DNA of 64,000 bases from Amoebophrya sp. A120 (Eukaryota; Protista; Dinoflagellata), in assembly GCA_905178155.1 (NCBI GenBank), contig CAJINV010000006.1, forward strand, positions 3,630,169-3,694,168. Reading direction: 5' to 3'. The translations under genes and the position numbers were made by a program. The notes below the pieces were generated by a model, which had not been told where the DNA came from, did no database searches, and saw only the letters and a list, made by a program, of their open reading frames with translations. This document shows positions 36,187 to 49,100 of the stretch, piece by piece (within the stretch, counting starts at the first letter, position 1; every line of letters starts with the position of its first letter).

Positions 36187-39100
36187 TCATTTCTCCGTGA
36201 CGAAGGCATTTTTGATTTTTTTCAACGTTTCTTCCGTGATACTTTTCTCCTTCTCTTCCTCTTCTTTCGCCTGCTTCGCTGCCGCCTCCGCCGCCCGGCG
36301 CGCCCGGGCCTTTGCTGCGAAGGGACAACCCCCGCCTGTGGGTTTGATTTCTTCTTTCTCGGAAGGAGGATCGTCTTTTTCTGAAGTTGATGACGGACAC
36401 GGACGACGATTCGCTACGCTGCTATTTCCGCCCGCTGTGCTGGTGCCCGCGGAGGTGGCGGCTTCGTTATTGTCGGACGAAGAAGATCCCCCTGCTGCAG
36501 AAGTTTCATCAACTTCTTCTTCGCCGTCCTTCGTCCCTTTCGTTGCCGAAACTGACACGGGCGGGGGTGGTACCCGCATCCGCACTGGCGTGCCAAATCC
36601 GGCTGGGACGTTACTATCGACCGCTTCTGCCTCATTCAACGTTTGTTCTGCCGTCGGTCCGGCCTGCTGTTCCACGCCCGTTTGGTGAACACCGAAGGCC
36701 GACTGTTGTAAAGGGATGATTATGCAGATCGAAAGTATCCACCTATCGCATTTTCTCATTACAACTACTTCTACTTTCTGTTTCTACATCTACTAGCTTT
36801 CAATTTGATAGCATTACAAATTTGCTAAAAAGGAGCGGAACCGGAATTTGTCATGCTGATCCAGGTATAGCAAGTGGATTTGTCATGCAGTTTTTTTTCT
36901 ATCACAATCAGTACGAGAACGACGAGTGCGAGGATACTTTTGCAATTCATACCCGAAGCGCCGAACGATTCGTCGAGTGCTGGGGGCCACTGAAAAGCCT
37001 TCAACCCGTATCCAAGAAAAAAAGATTGTAGGTGTAAAGTAACTTTTTTGCAGGAACAGCATTACAAATCTCTGTGGCATGAGAGCAAAACCTGTCATGC
37101 GCAGATAGTACCGGAAAACGCGGCCGAATGGACCCTACAACGCATTCCCAGCATGACAGACGCAATCATCTTGCATGTCGCGCATCACAAACTTACAGTA
37201 ACAACGTTTTTTTCTTGGATAACCCGACGAAAAACGGGCCAAGAGACTCGATGAATTCGGATGTGTGCCGGGTCTTCCGCATGTCCTGGATCACTTTGGC
37301 CAGGGGATGGAGCTGCTTTCCCACAAGCCCTATGACAAACTCGTTGTCCTTCTCATCGAGACCTGGTGTTTGATTTGTGTCTTTCAATTTGTTCATCTTC
37401 ATGCAATTTCAGCATGACAGGGCATGTTTTGTTCTGTGATACCGGAAATTGAAACTGCTCTAACTATGTCTGATGCTGATGCTGATCTTCTTCTTGTTCA
37501 CACGACTACAAAATAAATGTCAAAATCCAACTTCACCTGTAGCCTGCAGCCTGATATCATGCGCCAAGTTCTTTTCCCCGTAACTTCTGCCAATCAGCGT
37601 ATCAAATGCAAAAGTGTCTGGGTCTGGAAGGATGCAACTTGTGATGCTACTTTTGGACTCTACATGAAATCTGTATTGCATGAACAGGAAATAAAGAGGC
37701 GCAATTTGTGCTACGCGGAGAGGGTATTTCTCATGCGGCATGAGCATTAGAAAGCCCTCGCAGAATCTCTGATGCTGGGGCATGCATCACAGACCTCGTG
37801 GGCCCTGCAAAATCTGCACGACAAACTTCTGCACTCTTCCAGACCCAGACATTTTTGCATTTGATACAGCGCGTGCTCCAACAACATCTCGCACTGCGCT
37901 TCCGGCTCCTCTAGATAGAATTTTCCGCACCTTCGCAGCGGTATACAGTGCAAAAGTATCGCACACGCACTAGTATAAATTGCATGACAAATTTGATCAG
38001 CATTACAAATGAAATTTCTCATGCTGATTCACCTTGAGTAGAAAGAGATTTGTCATGCATAATTGCAATTACTACGAGCACGATACTTTTGCAGTGGATA
38101 AGCGGGTACCAGATGCAATACTCGTGCTCCTTTTTCATCGCCATCTTCACCGGCTTTTGCAACAACGCGTAATCCAAATCTTGTTTTTGAGGGTGCACAA
38201 CTCCCCCTCCCCCTCATTTGTCTGGTATGAACAGCAACACAAGCAACAGCAGGATAGGGGCTTTCGCATGACAAATCTGCGCGCAGATTGTAGTACTATT
38301 TGAGGTTCCAAAATTTGTCATGGTAGCAGTGCTTACGAGCAAGGTGTGAGTTTGGTACTTTGCATTACGAATGACGGGGAGGGGCAGTTGTGCACTCTCA
38401 TATTGTTCGTGGCCGTTGGAGTAGGTTTTGCCGAACATGGTGTGCAGCAACCGCGCTTTCGTGTTATGCAATGCAAAAGCATCGGACGTAGTACAAATTG
38501 CAATACGAATTGTATGTTCCAGAGGGAAAGTTGGAATTTGTAATGCCACACCAGATGGAATGCCAAATCTCTCATGGATAATATGCCATTACCACGGGCG
38601 CGATGAAGATGCTTTTGCGATGCATACGTGTCCCCGTGTTGCAACAATGGATTTACGTGCTTCACGAAGTACGACGGGTCTTGGGACCAGAAGAGCAGCC
38701 CAACTTGCGTCGGGTGGTAAATGTGGGAGTACAGGACGTGCGGGATTTTCTTGCTGGTCAAAATCAGGTGGAATTGACGTAAAGTTTCTTCCGAGGAGAG
38801 CTGGTTTGCCGCAGTGAAGTGGTCTGGAGTGCTCGCGCCATGTAGGTCGTAGACCAGCAGCTGCATCCAGAGTCTGGGTTGATAATGATGGTAGTATAAG
38901 TTGACGTTGATGAACTTGAAATACATAGACCAATATTAGCTGCGTGGTGAAAGAAAAAAACTTCAAACCAAAGGCTACCACTGAGCGATCATTCAACTAC
39001 ATCTTCAGATCGACGATGATCAGCTACAACGGAAGTAGAACGTACTTCTAGTTCCACCTACTACCTGTAGTCTACCGCATCCCCGTTCCCGCCCCGCTCT

Positions 39101-39381
39101 TTCACGTCAATCTTGTGCTTTCCCCGCATGATTTCCGCAGCCGTCCTGTGTTTTTTCTGCTGTATCTGCCCCCCTCCTCGCAGCATCAGCGCGTTGGCTA
39201 GGCGCTCGTAAAACCGGGCGGGGCCCGCGGGGGCGGTGCTAGTAGCACTTGTTGGTCGGCTCTTTTTGTGGATGACCCAGACGGTTAGTACCATCGTAAT
39301 GAAGGTGACCGCGAGGAGCTTCGGATTCTTTTCGATCGACGAGTCGAAAAGTTGGAACGGTTCTAGTTGGTTGCCCGACAT
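36187..39381 (-). CDS. Multi-exon protein, tentatively IDO/PrnB-like heme dioxygenase fold, with N-terminal TM and a C-terminal GGCPF motif
   Basis: 6 TIR elements and 2 GT-AG introns (38874-39064, 37363-37536) give one frame. Segments ARLLHTMFGKTY, QATGLDEKDNEF and IQDMRKTRHTSEFIESLGPFFVGLK...FGASGPLQ recall the family by eye only. Confidence 0.55.
36721..36951. mobile_element. Degenerate introner family B
   Basis: Right TIR clear, left decayed; DR lost; frame restored by removing 5 extra nt. Confidence 0.65.
37009..37221. mobile_element. Introner family D
   Basis: DR ACCCG; close relative of 19909-20122. Confidence 0.92.
37600..37866. mobile_element. Introner family A
   Basis: DR CAGCG. 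Confidence 0.92.
37942..38100. mobile_element. Introner family B
   Basis: DR AGCGG. Confidence 0.9.
38186..38402. mobile_element. Introner family E
   Basis: DR TTGTT. Confidence 0.9.
38465..38626. mobile_element. Introner family B
   Basis: DR CGTGT. Confidence 0.88.
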
Positions 39382-42300
39382 CTTGATGAAGGAGGTGGTG
39401 CTTCTTCCTTTATTCGGTAGGAGGAGGATTTGCTGTGCTAGTGAAAAATCTGCGCCAGTGATAAAATCTTGGGTAGCGACGATGAAAAGCGAAAACATAC
39501 AACAATGCAGAAGGAAATGAACAACAAAGGATGGACGTGAGCCCTGAGATAGATACGATGAAGTAGAAGACAAACACGGAGGTAGTTCGAGCTTGCAGGG
39601 CGGCAATCGGCTCAACTATCTCACAACACCACCGCGACGATTGAAGGCGCAACACGGACAAAAAGCAAAACGGCAACGCTTCTTGCCTCTAGCACTAAGA
39701 GTATGAGTAGAGCGATCTCGACGTGTCTCTGGAAAGGCAGCGCCTGTGGATTGTCGGGTCCTTGCACGAACAAGATGAAGATCAAGAAGATGCAGGGCGC
39801 CAACGTATAACTGTTTCACCCTGCCCCAATGCGGGCATATGCCGGGTAGACGTGCGGGCTCACTGACGAGGGCAACGGCCCTCGCGGATCGATGCATGGA
39901 CTGACAAACTAACATACACAAAGCGGCGAGCGGCAGCGGGCTCTGAATCTGTCGCCGCGCCATGCCCAAAAAAGAAAGCGCCGCCCGCGAGGGGGCGTGC
40001 GGAGGATCGGTGGGAAGCGAACCAGGGCGGGGGGCACGCCTGCGACAGAGAGGGCGCCCGACCGAACTAGACGAGCCAACCGGGCCGCCGACGGACGGAC
40101 CAGCCACAGCGGCCAGCCGGCGCGCCAAGGAAGCAAACCCCGAACCCCCAGCCGGGCGCGGGCCTTCTGCGCTAGGTAGAGCCTGCGCTGGCCGGCGGAG
40201 CGCGAACAGGCGCGGGGGGCGCTTGCACGGCGGAGAGAACAGCTGCGGCTGCCGAGAGATGCGCGCTGGCGCCGCCCGCCTGTGCCTTACTTAGGGGCGT
40301 GCGCCTCGGCGCCCGCGGGCGCCAAAGAACCCCGCGCGGAACTGGTCGGCGCTGTCCAAGTCGATGTCCCGGAGCATCGGGGCCGCCTTGTTTATGTTCC
40401 TCATCTGCGTCATCAAGTGCGAGGGCCCGCCGGCCCATTTCCTTGGGCCCGGGCATGGGCGCAGAGAGAAAGATAGAGCCAGGGCCGCCGCGGCCTAGGT
40501 TGCGGCTTTTTTGCGCGGGGCCCTGCCCCACTGCCCGCACGACCGAGAATGGAAGCGCCGGCCCGCGCCCGATGACCGCCACAAATGGATACAGAAAAAC
40601 GAACGCGCGGGCGAAAACACAGCGAGCGGGAGAATGGGAAGCCGGCACGCCAATACATCGCGACCAATGCCTTGGGCCTGAGCGACACATCGGCCGTCAG
40701 CTCACACACTGCGCAAACATGCGGCCGGGCCCAATCGCCCAAACAAAGAGCCACGCCCCGGGAAGGCCTGCAGGATGGAAATCGACCGCCCACAGGCGCC
40801 ACAACCCAAGCAGCTCGCACTTTGCCGGCGCTAAGAACTGCCCCTCTGACTTGTATGCGCGCCGACCCAAATCCCTGGGCAACCTCCTTGGGAACCCTGG
40901 GACCCCCTTCCGGTCGTCTCGGCGGAAGCGGATCCACGTCGTTCCATCGTCTACGAACTGGACAGCCCCGCGCCCAGCCATCGCGGGGAGTAAGGTCGCG
41001 CCGCCGTTTATCATGGCACACACGTGCCCCGGCGGCAGCATTTCGGCCGGGCCCGGCAAGGCCCAGCGGGCGGCAAACACGCCCGGGACGGCGACAATCC
41101 TGGGCCCTCGGTCGCGCCGTCGTATATTTTGGGCGCGGGCGGGCGCCAAACATGTGGCCGCCCCGACCCGGGCCAGCTGGCAACGCAAGGCAACAACGGA
41201 CGGCACAGGTCTCCTGCGCTAAACCTAGCCGAGTTTTGCCATGGTTCCACAACAAGAACGAACGAAGCCCACACGCAGGACATACAATGGCCGACCAGTA
41301 CGATGCTGATCCTTCAGGAGAACAACAAACCGTCGAAAGGTCGACGACTTGAGTGTCGTCGCAGGAAGGGTGAAAAACAGTAGCAGTTCCCTCGTCTTGC
41401 TTTATTGCTTTATTTCCAATAAAGTCGTGGCAATTATTTCTCGTATTTCGATTCGTGGTTCGGGGGCCTTCAAAGGGTACTTTTTTCGTAGACACAACGG
41501 TTATCGGACGACCAGCGCCAAATATGGGAAAATCGGTTGCAAAAAAAGCGGAGCGCGAGACACGAATCTATTTGCAAGAAGGAATACAGCAGAATCTCGG
41601 TTGTGCCGCCTTCTGTCATAATACGACAAACAACAACATCTAGCGTACATAACATCTATGCCTCGAAGTCGAATCATATGATCAGAGTTATAATTAATGT
41701 CGGTTCGATGTAAACTATCAATTGCAAGGTACAGGTTATTGTTGTATATCAAGATGAAACAAGTTGAAGTTTTTTGCAGCTTCTATATTTCAGTCGAAAA
41801 CAAGAAGGCCCTGGTGCTCGCTATCCTGTCATCTACTCGTTCTCTGCGTCAGCTGCTGCTTCTAGCCAACTATGTTCTATTCAAACGGGGTGGCCTTCGC
41901 CTTTCGCATGACTGCCACTAAAATTTGTACCCGTCTGAAATGTTCGGAAACCACTCGAAAAATACGTCGTAAGATTGGACTGAGGCATGATATCGTCGAG
42001 GCGGTCTGTGAACACTCCCTGTGCTGGCAAAACAGAGGTAAAAGAATGTAGGGCTTACTTGGCTAAAATCTAGAAAGTCATGGAGAAAACAGTGGCTACC
42101 TAGTTCGAGATATATGCGTGGTTGATATTATCTGTTTCGTTGTCCCGAAGAAGTATAGTAATGGTTGGCCTAATTTCATACTGGTGTGCTCATAGGATTC
42201 TGAAAGTCATTTTCTATCTACGGAACGAACCGACTTCGTTCTCTGGATGCGATTTCTCTCGTCTTGCTGCGGTGGTCATGTGGTAGTGTATGAACCGTGA

Positions 42301-43117
42301 AATTTGAAACAGCAGAAACAGATGCGCTTGAGAAGATGAAACAAGAAAAAGTGACAAAAGAATCTTCGAGAAGGGTTAAAAATTTGAATCATACAAGACA
42401 AACTTTTGCGTCGCTCCTTTTCGAGTAAGTATATCAGTTATTTTCAAGTGTCGTGATATTCCGCAAGCGTTGCATTTGTAGCGTCTCCAGCTGCTCGCAT
42501 CCGCCGCTAGACTTTTCAAAATATCCAATGGGCAGTTCAACAAGATTCAAAAACTCTACTCCTAAATCGGACGCTTTCATTCAACATCGAAGCATATCCA
42601 TATCTCGCATACACGCGTAACTACTAAAAGCTCACTGGGCAGCTGCACCAGCATCGGCAGCTGTTCTAAGAGCTTCAAATTTATTCCTTGTCATGAAACA
42701 GATCGAATGAATCCGTGAAGGTGAATTATGCTAGTATGTGGAGGCGAGAAAAAGTACTTAAAAGTATACACTTGAGCGGATGTTTTGGGTCCCGCATGAC
42801 CTTGCGATAGAAGCAAAGACGCAGAGACCTGCTATAATTTTCGCCAATGTTTATTGTTATTCAAGATTCATGATCTCAATATAAATGCATACAATGGGAG
42901 ATAGAGACGCGGCACTCTTTAGCACCGATGAAAAGCTCTATACGTGCGAATAATACATCATGATGTAGTCGAAGGCAATTGTTCATAAGAGGTGAAGGCT
43001 TTATTTCATCCGATTGATATTGAAAAAGTCTACTTCATTTGTCGTTGTACCCGTGATTTTGTGGTCCCCACCACCACCACCACCTTTTATCTTATTACAA
43101 CCTAGTATTTATTCATC

Positions 43118-46100
43118 TCACAGAAACATCTTCTTGATCGCATCCCAGTTTTCCAGCACCAGTTATGGCGTTCTCAACTGTTACATTCTCAACTGTTACA
43201 TGAATTTGTGATGCAAGAATGGGAAAAGTGATAGGAGAGATCTTGCGCGTCTTGCATGACAGGTTTGGCGCCGATTATCAGCCTGCTTGGCCCTCTGCGA
43301 ATTTGTCATGCGAAGCAGCTTGATGGTGTAGATTATGAAGGCAATTCTGCATGACAAACCATGTAACAGTTGAGAATGTAACGTTTGAGAGCCCCATACC
43401 AGTGTCATTTTCCGCAGCAGGATGTGGTCCTATCCTGTGCAAAAGTATCGCAGTCGTGTAAGTGCAAGTCTTGCATTACAAATCTTTCTCTGAAGGCAAA
43501 TCCGCATTACAAATTCTATTCCTCATGCTGAGGAAATTTGTAATGCATGACGTCGCCTCGGTAGTGTCGTGGCCTCGGTACGCCACTACAAGTTGGCGCA
43601 CCGAGGCTAGAAGAGGGCTCTTTAGGACGCGCATACAAAATGGCGCACCGAGGCCAAAAATGCCCGTTTTTCGGAATGGCCGCCTCGGTGCACCGAGGCG
43701 GACGGCCTCGGTGCGCCAAATTGTAGTCGGGAACAAAGCAGCAGACGGGCGGAACACAACAGCAGAAATGGAAAAAAGCGCTCGGGGCGCGGCGGTGCCA
43801 AGATTGTTTTTTTTGGGGTGAGACGGTGAGACACGTGAAACAAATTCGATGCTGTTGCCGTGCGTTCGAGGTAGTGCTCGTCGCGCGACGCCGCGAGCAG
43901 AAGCTCCCGCGGAAGGCAAGGGGCGACGCAGGCGCGGGCGTGTGCGAAGCGAAAAAACGCACGCGAAATCGCGAAGCACGCGAGCGCAGAGAAAATGGGG
44001 GGGGGCGGGGGGGGGGAGGACCGGGGGCCCATCGGCTAATTCGCGAGGTCACGCCGCGGGCCTTGATGGTGGGCAGAAAAACAAAACCCGTACCCTTGCC
44101 CGCGTCCGAGGGCAAGGTAAAAATAAAACGCAGGAGGCGAAGGCGCCTGCGCCACCTGGGACAGGTGTGCGATGGGACGTTTTTGCGCGCCGCCTCGGTG
44201 CGCCAAAATGTATTGTGAAGGCGCGCCGCTACAATACCAATTTTGTAGGTGGGCAAAAAGACATATTTGGGCGGGCTCGGTGCTGCCATACGTTACAAAC
44301 CGCACCGGGCTCGGTGCTGCTTTTTGGCGGGTTTTCTCAATGAAAAAAGCGCGAAAATTGTAACGCCCCACATACGATTTGGCGTACCGAGTCGTATGTG
44401 CGTACCTAGGCCACGTCATGCATTTATACGAGTACGATACTTTTGCAATGCATAGGTCCGACCGGGAAACCAAATCCACGATCCGCGGCACCTATCAAAT
44501 GCAAATATCTCTGGGTGTGGAAGATTGCTAGGTTTGTCATGCATATTTTGCATGACCCAAGAAGTAGACGCCTGTAATGCATTATCCAGCATCACAACAT
44601 TTGAGAGGGCTTCCTGATGCTCATTCCGCATGAGAAATGCCACCTCCGCGTATTACAAACTAGACTGTTCTTGCTGGTCACGCAATACAGATTTTTTCAG
44701 AATCCAAAAGCAGCATCACAAGTTGCAACCTTCCAGACCCAGACACATTTGCATTTGATAGCACCCCGTTGCCCGACTCCAGATCGGCGATTGGTAATCG
44801 CTTCACCTTCTCACTGACCCAGTACACCAGTGGCGCGCCGATCGTCACCCGAATCACCGTCAACGCATGTTTGTTGTCCCAATTCGGCTGGAGTTGCACC
44901 GGCTGCGCGATGTAGCACTTGGAGGCGAGAATGTCGGAAAGGTTTTCGATCACGTGTGAACCGTAGGGGCCGGGTAAAATCACCGTGGTGTCGTTTAGGG
45001 TGGATTTCTGCTCGTCGGTCAGGGAAAGCTCGAACTTGGACAAGTCCATCGACATCAGTTTGTGCAATTTTTTCAACTCATCTAACCCCAACCGTTGCTT
45101 GTTCGAGACGGAGTTCTTCACGGGACCGCGGCAAATCAACGAAATGATCGTGTTGCACCACATCATGCCCTGATAGAAGTTTAGTATAGCATTTATGCAT
45201 CACAAACGGGTATCATAGGTTTCTCATCATCTTCATCTTCAGTAGTACTTACTGCAGCATGATCACAAAGTCATGCTCTATTTGCAGCAGATTGCTACTT
45301 CTACTCATTCAGACTGGGTGGATACGCAGGCGCAGTAAAGAAAACATAATTACTAAACAATACCGCGTCCTGTTCTTTCGTGGTCTCCGTTCCCTCATTC
45401 TCCCCGTTAGTACAAGCAACCCCAGCTGTGCCACTAGTTGCCCCAGCTCCTACCGCCAACTGTCCACTCCTGGGCCTCGGTAGGAACATGTTGTGACCAC
45501 CACCACTACTGTGAAAATCTCCCCGGGGGGAATTCGACACAAACTCCCTTTCCTCTTCGACGCACTCCAGAAACGGCGATTTCAAACCCTTCACGATTTC
45601 GCGGACGGACTCCACCCAGGTTTTCAGGATGTTGTCGCGCAAGGGTTCCGGAATTGCGTGGTACAGTTTGATTTCGTTCAGCGCCATCTTCCACCGCAGC
45701 ACCACTCCCCAATTCAGCATGCGGGCGACCCCGGTCGTGGTCTTCTTGATGCAAGACCGCATCTTCGGCAAATCAGTATGCAGTGCAAAAGCATCGCACT
45801 CGTACCAATCGCGTTTATGCATTACAAATCTTTTTGGAAAGGCAAATCCGCATGACAAATTCAATTTGTAATGCTAAGTCAATTTGTAATGCAATTTATA
45901 CTAGTACGATAACTTTTGCAATTCATAATCAGTAGATAATAGTGATTCGTCCATGAAGAGCGGGAAGTGCTTCAACTGGAACCGCAAATCTTCGTCGTTT
46001 TTTCCGCTGTGCTCACCCCAAATATCCTCGCACGATTCCAATTCCTTGCTGTAGCACAAGGGCAACAGCACCGCACCGGAGAACGGCGGACCGCCGTAGA

Positions 46101-49100
46101 ACTTGCTGCCCGTGGTGAGGACGATGTATTCCTGGTCGAGAAACGCTCTCAACGCGCCCTCCTGCATATGAAAGTGCACAACTACTCCCCGTCCACCTCA
46201 TTAGTGATGCGAAAACCCAAATCCACACTGTGCCTGCTGTTGCTGTTGGCACTGTTTGCATGACAAGTTCTGGCAGGAGCACAAATGGCACTACAACGCT
46301 GTGCAAATTTGTCATGCAAAGCCTGCATTTTTGCTGACGGTTGTATTGCTGTTCATGCCATACAAATGAAGGGGAGGGGGAGCTATGTGCACTCTCATAC
46401 TGCAACCTCCCCTGGCACGCGTCAATCACCGGGATGATCTTCTCCCGGTATGCAAGAAAAAAACTGCGTAAGTGTAACTTTGTGCTGTAGACGATGCAAG
46501 ACATTTACAGCTGTCATGCTGGACATGCATCAGAGGCTGTTTTCGTACGTGTTTTCACTGATACTAGCTACGCATGACAGATTTCCTCTGGCATGCAGAG
46601 CAAACTTGTGATGCTGTTCCTCCAAGAAAGTTACTTACACTTACTGTTACTATACACAGTTTTTTCTTTGCATACCCGGCCGAACGTCTCGATTAGTTCC
46701 TCCACGATGGATATCACAAGAAAAAAGTGCTACAGTTACACATTTGTTGTAAATTCAGCATCACAGAGTTGCTCTGCATGGCGAAGAAAACTTGTAATGC
46801 GCAGACTATAAGGGAAAACACGCACGATCACGAAATAATCAGGCTGGCAAGCATTTCCTGAATGACAGAGGTTGTCTGTCTTGCTGGTATTGCATCAGAG
46901 TGTGTAACCGTAACACTTTTTTCTCGCGATAATCGACAACGAGGGAATCAAATGGCCGGTTTTCGAGCCAGCGACCACGTGGACGATGACACACTGGAAA
47001 TTTTGCTCGATCAACGCGTTGGACACACAGTGTTTCACTTCCTCGTCCATTTCCTTCTGCGTGAGCAAATGCCCGCCGCGGTTCCGCATGTAGACCTCCA
47101 TGGCCTCGACCTTCGGGAAGGATTCCGGCAGCTGAAACACGTTGTTGCCCGTTTTCACGACGGAGACCGACCCTGACTGCTTCGAGGCAGAAGGACTGTT
47201 GTTGTTCGCGAAAAGAGCACTGGTCTGTTTCGTGCTGTTCCCACCAAGAGCTGGTAACCGGACTTCTTTTGGACTGATGTTGGAAAAGAATTTCCCCTTC
47301 GCGGCGTTCAACGTGCCGGAGCCGACCTCCCCCGCGCCGGACACGATCGTCAGAATTCCGTTGCCGAGGTCGAACTCGTTTTCGTTCTCCTTCTTCTTCT
47401 TCAACAACCGGCAGATCGCGATTAACAAGGGAAGGTACTCCGCGTCGGAACCCGAGGGGCAAAGGGTGATACTGTTCGAAAACTTCGGCAACTTCCAGAT
47501 GGACCGCATTTGGTCCCGAATGGAGTCAATCATTTCCATGTACTTCGTCCTGCCCTCGGAAGAATTCTCGTCCATCTGGGCTTCGAGCATATCAAATGCA
47601 AAAGTGTCTGGGTCTGGAAGAATGCAACTTGTCATGCTGTTTTTGGACTCTAAAAAAATTTGTATTGCATGACCAGCAAGACGGGTCCGGTTTGTGCTAC
47701 ACGGACAGGACATTTCTCATGCGGAAGGTGCATCAGAAAGCCCTCTAAAAGTCTGTGACGCTAGGTCATGCATTACAGGCATCATGGATCATGAGAAATA
47801 TGCATGACAAACCCGGCAATCTCCCAGACCCAGACATTTTTGCACTTGATAGAGCAGCTCCGCGACTAATGATTCCCCGACTTGGAACGTGTAATCCGTG
47901 ACGCAATTGCTCGTGCACGAGCTCCGGTGAATCCCGCGCGGTTGCGGAATTGCGGGCGTGTTGTACTTGTTCACCCCCTCTTTCGTCAGAATCAGACGAT
48001 CATCTCCCCCAGACACCAGGAAGTCCAAGGTGATTCGCTTGGACAACGACGGCGTTGTGTTGTTGATGTTGTAACTGGGCGCCCGGTATCCTGTGCAAAA
48101 GTATAGTACTCCTCGTAGTCATGCATTACAAATCTCGTTCCCACGGCAAATCAGCATGACAAATTGCATTTGTCATGATGAGGAAATTTGTAATGCAATT
48201 CATACTACTAGTATGATGCTTTTGCAGGTCATACCCGGTTCAAGTGCTCCACCAGCAGATTCTCCTGCGGGGGCACAATGGTCAAATGTTCTTGCGGTAG
48301 CCTTTGCGGTGCGGGAAGGGAATTCAAGTACCGGTCCAACATTGGGGCGATAGGGACTTGTTGCCCGACATTGTTGTCTTGCTGATCTGCAGGGGTGGTT
48401 ACTCCCCGTTGAATGTTATTCATCGCCCCCGAAGTGTCGCAGTAGAAGAAGTTGGTTTCTAACGCAGGTGGATTGGCGGCGTTGTTGTTGTTTTTTGAAT
48501 CAGATAATTCCTGTTTCTCTTTCTCAACCGCCCCACCGCCCGGAGTGGTCACTGTCACATCCGGACTCGAGCTCTGCAGCCGGAGCAACCCTGCTTCCGA
48601 TGGCATTATGCATTACAAAAGTGCCGTACTAGTATGAATTGCATGAGACATTTTTTCAAGAAGAAAACTGGAATTTGTAATGCCGGTTCAGGTAAAAAGA
48701 AACAAGGTTTGTCATGCGTAGCTGCAATCTATACGAGTACGATACTTTTGCATTTCATAGGCGTGGTGTTTTCGCTGTTGCTGAAATTGGAGGAATCTGC
48801 CGTGTGGAGCAACGAAGCCGTCTCCAGAGACTGAAACTGATTTACATCCTGCTTCTTCTGCTCTTCCAGAAACCTCCGTCGGAACCAGCTATGCATTCCA
48901 AATCTGTCTGGGTCTGGACGGTTGGAACTTGTCATGCTAGCTTTCCATACCTAGGAGACCTGTATTGCATACTTAACCAACAGAAGTCGCAGCCTCTTTT
49001 GTACGGGAAGCCACGCAGTTTCTCATGCGGATTGCCAATGAGAAAGCGTTCTGGAAAGTTGTCATGCTAGGTTGTATTCGGAGCGGTTTCCATCATCCAC

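Noticed and set aside
36721-36759. Apparent signal peptide of a standalone 190-aa ORF
   Set aside because: The N-terminus is read from a decayed family-B TIR; the ORF is better explained as the last exon of the upstream gene
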